This document shows, one piece after another, positions 25,624 through 32,000 of a DNA stretch of 32,000 nt. The notes below the pieces were generated by a model that saw nothing but the letters and a program-made list of their open reading frames with translations, was not told the origin of the DNA and made no database searches. Origin of the DNA: Bifidobacterium longum subsp. longum JCM 1217 (lineage in GTDB: Bacteria > Actinomycetota > Actinomycetes > Actinomycetales > Bifidobacteriaceae); assembly GCF_000196555.1 (NCBI RefSeq), contig NC_015067.1, positions 210,001-242,000 on the forward strand, read 5' to 3'. The translations under genes and the position numbers were made by a program. Within the stretch, counting starts at the first letter, position 1. Each line of letters starts with the position of its first letter.

Positions 25624-26421
25624 ATGCTACTTGAACTCGACCACATCTCGAAGATCTACGGCGACCTGCGTGCCGTGGACGACCTCAATCTGACCGTGCC
25701 GGAAGGCGAATGGCTCGCCATCGTCGGCTCCTCCGGCTCAGGCAAGACCACGCTGATGAACATGATTGGCTGCATGGACACGCCCTCCAAGGGCTCCGTG
25801 AAGCTGGAAGGCCGCAAGCTGGAGGACCTGAACGCCACGCAGCTGGCCGACGTGCGCAAGAACCTCATCGGACTGGTGTTCCAGAAGTTCTATCTGGTGC
25901 CGCACCTGACCGCCGTGGAAAACGTGATGGTGGCCCAGTACTACCATTCGGTGGTCGATGAGAAGCAGGCCATGGAGGCGCTGGAAAAGGTCGGCCTGAA
26001 GGACCGCGCCCACCACCTGCCCGGCCAGCTCTCCGGCGGCGAGCAGCAGCGCGTGTGCGTGGCCCGCGCGCTGATCAACGACCCGAAGCTGATTCTGGCC
26101 GATGAGCCCACCGGCAACCTCGACGAGAAGAACGAGAAAATCGTGCTCGACCTGTTCCGCAAGCTGCACGAGCAGGGCACCACGATTATCGTGGTCACCC
26201 ACGATGCGCTGGTCGCCAGCTGCGCGCAGCGCGAGATCATGCTCAACCATGGCGTGCTCGTCGGTGAGAAGTGGAATGACGAGGATGCGCGCAAGGCCTA
26301 CGAGGCGGCCGGCGGCAAGCCCGCCTCCACGGGTGCACAGGTCGAGGGCGCGCAGAACGGCGAGACCGCCATTGGTTTCACTGACCCCACCAAGGCCGCG
26401 AAAACCGGCGGCGAGGAGTAG
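25624..26421 (+). CDS. ABC transporter ATP-binding protein (MacB/LolD-like) with ~45-aa low-complexity tail
   Basis: Walker A GSSGSGKTT, signature LSGGEQQR, Walker B LILADEPTGNLD. Confidence 0.95.
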   Translation: MLLELDHISKIYGDLRAVDDLNLTVPEGEWLAIVGSSGSGKTTLMNMIGCMDTPSKGSVKLEGRKLEDLNATQLADVRKNLIGLVFQKFYLVPHLTAVENVMVAQYYHSVVDEKQAMEALEKVGLKDRAHHLPGQLSGGEQQRVCVARALINDPKLILADEPTGNLDEKNEKIVLDLFRKLHEQGTTIIVVTHDALVASCAQREIMLNHGVLVGEKWNDEDARKAYEAAGGKPASTGAQVEGAQNGETAIGFTDPTKAAKTGGEE

Positions 26422-26473
26422 GGCCGTCAGGGGCATCGAGCAGTATGTGAGGAATACATGGCAAGCTGATGGT

Positions 26474-26521
26474 CTCTCCCCCAGTCAGCTTCGCTGACAG
26501 CCCCCCTCGTCAGAGGGGGGC
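26474..26521 (+). repeat. two-hairpin intercistronic element, copy 2
   Basis: CTCTCCCCCAG-GTCAGC-TTC-GCTGAC-A-GCCCCCCTC-GTCA-GAGGGGGGC, followed by TTAAGGAG (the SD of the next gene). Confidence 0.85.
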
Positions 26522-26536
26522 TTAAGGAGCGTGAAT

Positions 26537-27100
26537 ATGACCGAAAAGAGTACGTTGAAGAAATCCGCGACATTGGCGGCGGCCGGACTGGTCGTGGCTG
26601 GCGCGCTGCTGGCCGGATGCGGCGAATCCAAGGCCGCGCCGATGGACGATGCGTACGCCGGCAACTCGGGCGAGACCGAGAAGTCGCAGGAAGAGCAGTC
26701 GCAATCCCAGTCGAACGGCTCCGATAGCTCCGACGGCTCCGATTCCAGCTCGTCGCACAACGACCCGTCCACCACCACGTCCGACAAGAAGGACACCGGC
26801 AACTACAAGGACGGCAACTACTCGATCAACGGCCAGTACGGCCCGGTAGGCGAGGATTCCATCGACGTCCATCTGACCATCAAGGACGGCAACGTCGAGA
26901 CCGTCAATATCATTGGGCACCCGTTCACCACGATTTCCAAGAACCATCAGGACGACTTCGCCAAAGCCATTAACGGCGTGGTGGACGGCAAACCTCTGAA
27001 GGGTCTCAAAGTGGACAAGGTCGCCGGCGCCAGCTGGACCTCCGACGCCTTCAACAAAGCCCTCGAAGTCGCCCGCCAGGAGGCTTCGATTCAGGAGTAA
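26537..27100 (+). CDS. FMN-binding-domain lipoprotein
   Basis: ATG lies 7 nt after AAGGAG. Lipobox LLAGC, Ser/Asp-rich linker, and an FMN_bind-like fold (GNYKDGNYSINGQY...VHLTIKDGNV...DKVAGASWTSDAFNKAL). Confidence 0.82.
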   Translation: MTEKSTLKKSATLAAAGLVVAGALLAGCGESKAAPMDDAYAGNSGETEKSQEEQSQSQSNGSDSSDGSDSSSSHNDPSTTTSDKKDTGNYKDGNYSINGQYGPVGEDSIDVHLTIKDGNVETVNIIGHPFTTISKNHQDDFAKAINGVVDGKPLKGLKVDKVAGASWTSDAFNKALEVARQEASIQE

Positions 27101-27105
27101 GACCG

Positions 27106-27705
27106 CTACTTCAGCAATGCTGGCCACAGCAGATCGGCCATGCGCGAGGCCCAGGCGGTGTCGTCGTCCATTGCTTTGCCCTCGATGGCCTCATACGCCA
27201 CCAAAGATCCGATAATCGTGGACAACAGCAACTTCTCGTCAACGTCCTCGCGAAACACGCCCTGCGCGACTCCCTGCTTGAGGAACGCCCCCACACGCTC
27301 CAGCCACGGGGTCACCACTTGGTCGACGATGTGCTGGAAGAACTCGGCCTCGCTGGACAATACAATGCCCACGCGCTTGACGTCGATGTCGTTGTCGCGC
27401 ACCCAATCGACCAATCGCTGCAATAGTTGCGTGAAATGCTCACGCGTGGGGCTGGGCACTGGGTCGGAATCCGGGATGGCCAGATACATCGCGCTGATCT
27501 CGTGCAGCAGCTCGTCGGCATTATGATATCGGCGGTAAATCGTGGTTTTGGCCACACCGGAGCGCCGGGCCACCTCCTCGATGGTCACGCCGCTGATGCC
27601 GCGGTCCACCGCAATCTGCAGCGTGGCTCGCATGAGCTTGCGATCCGTCGCCTCGCGCGTGCGCTCACCGCGCGGTGTCGCCGTCGTGTCTGTCATCTCC
27701 GTCAT
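27106..27705 (-). CDS. TetR/AcrR-family transcriptional regulator
   Basis: HTH VTIEEVARRSGVAKTTIYRRY. 199 aa. Confidence 0.92.
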   Translation of the reverse strand: MTEMTDTTATPRGERTREATDRKLMRATLQIAVDRGISGVTIEEVARRSGVAKTTIYRRYHNADELLHEISAMYLAIPDSDPVPSPTREHFTQLLQRLVDWVRDNDIDVKRVGIVLSSEAEFFQHIVDQVVTPWLERVGAFLKQGVAQGVFREDVDEKLLLSTIIGSLVAYEAIEGKAMDDDTAWASRMADLLWPALLK

Positions 27706-27819
27706 CTCTTCTCTTCGAAATATGCTCCCGTACGCTCCCGCTGGCGAGAGCTGGCTGGCAAAGCCAGACTGAGGGTGGTAAGTCCATGCCGTTTGTAGGC
27801 AACTCCCGGATAATACCTA

Positions 27820-29982
27820 CTAGCTCAGCACTTTAGTGCTCTCGACTTGGGCTACATACCACTGGTTGAACCGCACCAGTGGCTTCCTGAGCAACAGCCC
27901 AAGCAACAGTAGCGGCGGCACGAATGCCAGCAGCATTCCGGCGGCCCGCCAGTAATCCATGTCGTAGATGCCGGCGATGGCCGCACGCATCATCGTCACC
28001 GCATGGGTGAGCGGCAAGAGCGGACTGACTTTGGCGATGAAGTCGGGCAACATCTGCACCGGGTAGGCAGCGTTCGCACCCGAAATCTGCACGATGAGCA
28101 TAAGCACGCCGATTGCCTTACCCACATTGCCGAAACTCACCACCATCGTATAGGTGAAGAACGAGAACACCAGCGAGGCCAGCCATCCAGACAACATAAA
28201 CAGCAGCGGATGCACGGCCTGCACGCGCAGGAACAGCAAATCGCCACCGAGCGACACCGTGGATTGCAGCAGCGCAATCAGCGCGAACACCCCGTAATGC
28301 CCAAGGAAGAGCCGATGCGGCCGCGGATCGCCCAATGCTTTGCGCGTCCGGCGAGACACGGTGGTTTTCAGCGTCACCACCATCAGCAGCGCGCCCACCC
28401 ACAGCGGCAGCAGCGTGTAGAACGGTGCCATCGACGAACCGAAATTCGCCACCGGGAATACGGCCTTGCGCCTGAGCTGCACCGGTGCGGCCAACGTACT
28501 GGCCAGCGTTTCGGGATCATTGCCCAGCACCTCTTTGACCATGCCCATATCGCCACTGTTTAGTGCGTCGCTCAGTGTGCTGTTGAACGAAGCCAGTTCG
28601 GCGCCGGCGGAACGCAGTTTGCCGGACACCTTGTCCAAGGTAGTGCGAGCGTCGCTGAGCATATCGCTGGCGTCGTCGGAAGTCCCTTTCAGGTCGCCGA
28701 GCGTGGAGTCCAACTGGGTGGCGCCGGAACTCAGTATGCCGGAGGCGTCAGCGACGGTGGACGACAGGGAGTCGATTTGCGGTTTCACCGTGGCCGAGAA
28801 ATCTGACTTGATATTGGCAATACTGTTCTGCGCTTGATCAGCCAGATTCTTGACCTGCGCATGCTGATCCTGCGCGTCCTGATTGCCTTGGCGAATATCG
28901 GTCGCCGCCGTATTCAGCGCTTGCCGCAGCCTGTTTTGTCGTGCGATTGAACGGTCAATCGCCGTGATGATGGATGAGTCGTTGCCCAGTATGCCGGCCA
29001 ACGTGTTGCGAATTTCAGTGTATTTCTCCGTCTGCTTGCCAATGGCCGTGGCTTGACGGTCCAATTCGTCGGCGACCGTGGTGGCACCATCATTCGCGTC
29101 GGAATACAGCTTGTCTATGGAATCGGACACCGCGCCGAAACTGGAGGCGCTCGCGTCCAGTGCGCTGCTCATCGCGTCAGCGGTGGTGCCCAGGGCTCCG
29201 GCCACGTCGGTGACTTCCTGTTTGGCGCTGGCAAGATCCTTGCCGCCTTGTTTGGCGGCAGAGGAAACCTGAGTGATTAGTGAGTTCGAGGTGTCGAGCA
29301 AGGCGCCGGCCGTATCGGTCAATGCGCTGTATGTGCCAAGCAGATCCGCAGTATCGTCAAGCTGTGTGGCGAAATTGGCGATGTTGGCGTTGAAGGTATT
29401 CAGTTGCTCTTTGGCCTCGGGCTTGGACAGCTGATCGGCCAGCGAAGACGCGATTTCCAGCCCGGCCGAAGTGATGGTCTTAGCGAACGTGGTGTTGATT
29501 TCCGCCGCAACCTCATCCGTGCCCTCGTTGAGCAGATTCGGTGCCAGCGCGTTCTTCTTCTCGTTGCGGTAATAGGTCAGTTCGGCATGCTGCACGTCGT
29601 CGGAGAAGAAGGTCATCATGTCTTTGCTGAACGACTTCGGAATTACGATGGCCGCGTAGTATTTGCCGGATCGTGCGCCCTCGACGGCATCGGCTTTGGA
29701 CGTGATCGTCCAATCGAGCTGACTGTTGGCGCGCAGCGCGTTCACCACCTGATCGCCGACCGTGACTTTCACCGGGATCAGGTCGGAACGATACCCCTCA
29801 TCCACATTCGCCACCGCGAATTTCAGGTTCTTCATATTCGAGAACGGGTCCCAGCATGCGGCCACGTTGAACCAGGTGAACAGGCCGGGAATCATCACCA
29901 AGCCGATCACGATGATGATGGAGACCACGTTGCTGGTCAGGCGTTTGATGTCGCCGGTAAACAGTTTCCACATGGTGTTCAT
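27820..29982 (-). CDS. YhgE/Pip-domain membrane protein
   Basis: N-terminal TM, a long Ala/Thr/Ser/Asp-rich helical ectodomain, and a C-terminal ABC-2-type multi-TM block. Its start overlaps the upstream stop (ATGA). Confidence 0.9.
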   Translation of the reverse strand: MNTMWKLFTGDIKRLTSNVVSIIIVIGLVMIPGLFTWFNVAACWDPFSNMKNLKFAVANVDEGYRSDLIPVKVTVGDQVVNALRANSQLDWTITSKADAVEGARSGKYYAAIVIPKSFSKDMMTFFSDDVQHAELTYYRNEKKNALAPNLLNEGTDEVAAEINTTFAKTITSAGLEIASSLADQLSKPEAKEQLNTFNANIANFATQLDDTADLLGTYSALTDTAGALLDTSNSLITQVSSAAKQGGKDLASAKQEVTDVAGALGTTADAMSSALDASASSFGAVSDSIDKLYSDANDGATTVADELDRQATAIGKQTEKYTEIRNTLAGILGNDSSIITAIDRSIARQNRLRQALNTAATDIRQGNQDAQDQHAQVKNLADQAQNSIANIKSDFSATVKPQIDSLSSTVADASGILSSGATQLDSTLGDLKGTSDDASDMLSDARTTLDKVSGKLRSAGAELASFNSTLSDALNSGDMGMVKEVLGNDPETLASTLAAPVQLRRKAVFPVANFGSSMAPFYTLLPLWVGALLMVVTLKTTVSRRTRKALGDPRPHRLFLGHYGVFALIALLQSTVSLGGDLLFLRVQAVHPLLFMLSGWLASLVFSFFTYTMVVSFGNVGKAIGVLMLIVQISGANAAYPVQMLPDFIAKVSPLLPLTHAVTMMRAAIAGIYDMDYWRAAGMLLAFVPPLLLLGLLLRKPLVRFNQWYVAQVESTKVLS

Positions 29983-32000
29983 CGTGCGTGCCTGCCTTCC
30001 TTGGTCGGCGGAATAGTGGGGATGATTGCGGTAACAGCGGCGCTCGGGTCCGCTTCTTCGTGGCGTTCGGCGGAGGTGTCGCGACGCTTGGCCTTATGCC
30101 CGTACAGCATGGCGCGGATCGACTCGTCGGAGAGGCTGCCGAGCTCGGTTTGGCGGCGGATGGAATCGCGCATGAATTCCACGACCATCAGGAAGCCCAT
30201 GATGATGAGCACCCATGCCAGCCATGTGCCCATGACTACGATTTTCTCGCTGGTGGTCAGCGCAAACACGATAATGAGCGCGGCCGGCACCACGAATCCG
30301 GCAATAAGCGCACCCAGCAGCAGCCGGGGATAACGGTAGGCGAATTTGGCGGCCCGACGTTCGATGGCATGACGGTATTCGTCGTGGTCGGCCAGTGCTG
30401 CAATGGCCTGAGTGACACGGTATTCGCTGCCGGGCAGATGCACCGGCTCGCCGATAATCATGTCGCTTTCCTTGATTTCCCGCGCGAACAGGCGGTTGAG
30501 ATTGGCCAGTTTCGGCCGGGCGCCGAGGCCAAGCGCAAAGGCCAGAACCACGAAAACCAGCAATTTGCCGATATAGGCGAACCAGAGGCCGTCGTAGAAG
30601 CCGCCGATGGTTTCACGCATCGCGTCAATCGAATAGGTGAACGGCAGCAGCGGGTAGATGGCGCGGAAGAACGCGGGCATCATTTCAATCGGGTACAGGC
30701 CGGAGGCGCCCGGCACCTGCAGAATGACCAGCGCCACGCATACGCCTTTGCCCACGTGCATGAACGTGGTGGAGAGGGCGAAAATCACCGACATATACAC
30801 CAGTGAGGTGATGACGCAGGTGAGCAGAAACACTGGGGCGCTCGCGCATTGAATGCCGATGACAAGATCGCCGATGGCCGTGACCAGGCCTTGGACGGCA
30901 GCCAGCGTGGCCAGTAGCAGGAAGCGACCGAGATAGCCTTGGGTTGGTGTGAGATCGTCGATGCCCTCATCATCGGTTTCGAGTTTGGGAATGACCACGA
31001 GCACGAACGCGCCCACCCACAAAGACAGGGTGGTGAACAGCGGTGCCATGCCGGAACCATAGGAGGCGACCGGATAGACGGCCTGTTCGCTGATAACAGT
31101 GGGGGAGAGCATGAAGTCGGCGATTGTGGCGGCATCCAGTTTGCCGTCGGTGCCGATCAGGGAACTGAGTGAACTGGAGATGCTCAGGGCTTTGATGTCG
31201 GTGACCAGCGTATCGAGCTTGGTTTGTACGCCGGCCAGCGCCTTATCGGTGTCGCGCAGCGCGGTCACCGTGGTGGAGGCTGCTTTGTCGAGTTGGTCGA
31301 GGGTATGCTTCGACTGATCGATGAGTGAGCCTTGCGACGTGATGCCGGTCGACAGAGTGCTGGCGGTCGAGCTGAGGGCGTTGAGACCGGTGTTGAGCTG
31401 AGGAATGGCGCCGGAGGTGATGGTGCCGCGAGCGGTATTGGCCTCGCGCACCGTGGTTTGGGTGGCGGTATTGAGATGCTGCGCCAATCCGGCGGTGTCT
31501 GTGGAGGCATTGCCGATAGTGGTGTTCAGGCTATCGAGGTTGCCCAGTGCGCCGGCAAGCTCGCTATTGCGGCTTTCCAGTGTGGCAATGGCGGATTGCA
31601 GCGGTTCTCGATTGGCGTTCGGCAGCCCTTTGAGTTGGTCGATGATGTCGGCGTTCGCTTGGTTGATGTCTTCCGCCGTATTGATCAGTCCGCCTACCTG
31701 CTGATTGGCGGCGCTGATGGTTCCGGTTACCGTGCCCACGCTTTGGTTGGCCTGTGCTGCGGCTTGGCTCAGCAGGCTTGAGCCTTGGTCAAGCGCTTCG
31801 GACGTGGAGGTGACGAAGCCGTTCAGACTGGTCTGGGTAGTGCCGATCAGGGTGGAGACGCCGGCCAGACCTTCTGCAGTGTCGATGCCAAGTGTGCGCG
31901 CGTCGTCCAGCGCCTGACGTGCGGTGCGTGTCTGCTCTGGGGTGTCGGTGAGTTTGGTGGTGAGCTTGGCGATGGTGCTGCGTGTGTGCTGCACATCGTC
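29979..32000 (-). CDS. YhgE/Pip-domain membrane protein, 5' end beyond the window
   Basis: Frame is open to the right edge. It has the same helical ectodomain plus a C-terminal ABC-2-type TM block and an extra C-terminal TM region and tail. Confidence 0.85.
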   Translation of the reverse strand, partial: DDVQHTRSTIAKLTTKLTDTPEQTRTARQALDDARTLGIDTAEGLAGVSTLIGTTQTSLNGFVTSTSEALDQGSSLLSQAAAQANQSVGTVTGTISAANQQVGGLINTAEDINQANADIIDQLKGLPNANREPLQSAIATLESRNSELAGALGNLDSLNTTIGNASTDTAGLAQHLNTATQTTVREANTARGTITSGAIPQLNTGLNALSSTASTLSTGITSQGSLIDQSKHTLDQLDKAASTTVTALRDTDKALAGVQTKLDTLVTDIKALSISSSLSSLIGTDGKLDAATIADFMLSPTVISEQAVYPVASYGSGMAPLFTTLSLWVGAFVLVVIPKLETDDEGIDDLTPTQGYLGRFLLLATLAAVQGLVTAIGDLVIGIQCASAPVFLLTCVITSLVYMSVIFALSTTFMHVGKGVCVALVILQVPGASGLYPIEMMPAFFRAIYPLLPFTYSIDAMRETIGGFYDGLWFAYIGKLLVFVVLAFALGLGARPKLANLNRLFAREIKESDMIIGEPVHLPGSEYRVTQAIAALADHDEYRHAIERRAAKFAYRYPRLLLGALIAGFVVPAALIIVFALTTSEKIVVMGTWLAWVLIIMGFLMVVEFMRDSIRRQTELGSLSDESIRAMLYGHKAKRRDTSAERHEEADPSAAVTAIIPTIPPTKEGRHAR

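Noticed and set aside
19545-26436. Long antisense or alternate-frame ORFs across the iron cluster (19545-20534, 20882-21535, 21682-23391, 22581-23801, 23838-24365, 24358-25563, 25738-26436)
   Set aside because: Each lies opposite to or out of frame with a gene carrying clear family motifs. Their compositions are Gly/Arg/His/Asp-rich, typical of GC-rich shadow frames.
26522-27127. 201-aa minus-strand ORF opposite the FMN-lipoprotein gene
   Set aside because: It is a shadow frame. Its C-terminal end is derived from the two-hairpin repeat.
27825-27838. 14-bp palindrome AGCACTTTAGTGCT as a TetR operator or terminator
   Set aside because: It lies inside the last codons of the YhgE/Pip CDS (STKVLS) and is not followed by a U-tract. 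This is probably coincidental.
28003-31781. Plus-strand ORFs inside the YhgE/Pip genes (28003-28563, 29404-30333, 29988-30806, 31332-31781 and others)
   Set aside because: They are antisense shadow frames of clearly identifiable membrane-protein genes.

Overview
About 60% GC actinobacterial chromosome, almost certainly Bifidobacterium (B. longum group). The landmark is a 1,966-aa GH101 endo-alpha-N-acetylgalactosaminidase with EngBF-type architecture. Gene order, left to right: a partial hypothetical CDS; a hexose-6-P mutarotase; a DUF805 membrane protein with YGQ/Pro-rich tails (-); gltX followed by tRNA-Glu(CUC) and tRNA-Gln(CUG); a small membrane-anchored protein; engBF; and a low-GC gap. 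Next comes a 1,480-bp IS3-family element (24-bp inverted repeats, 7-bp flanking direct repeat, in-frame TGA in orfB) inserted in the T-loop of a tRNA-Thr(GGU) gene. Then follow divergent LysR/flavodoxin and HxlR/NAD(P)H-oxidoreductase pairs separated by a triple-hairpin repeat cluster, and tRNA-Ser(GGA). A seven-gene iron-acquisition cluster comes next: FTR1 permease with an N-terminal ectodomain, P19 lipoprotein, DUF2318-type Cys4 membrane protein, two FtsX/MacB-type permeases, an ABC ATPase and an FMN-binding lipoprotein. The window ends with a TetR regulator and two tandem YhgE/Pip membrane proteins, the last running off the window. No rRNA, CRISPR array or prophage was seen. The items most worth a second look are: (1) the iron cluster ending in an extracytoplasmic FMN-binding lipoprotein; (2) a recurring two-hairpin element with compensatory base changes at two intercistronic junctions of that cluster; (3) the IS-split tRNA-Thr; (4) several unexplained repeat structures (triple hairpin 16411-16601, 24-bp tandem array 5148-5233, AT-only palindrome 3063-3112). 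Most long ORFs in the track that lie antisense to or overlap real genes are high-GC shadow frames.
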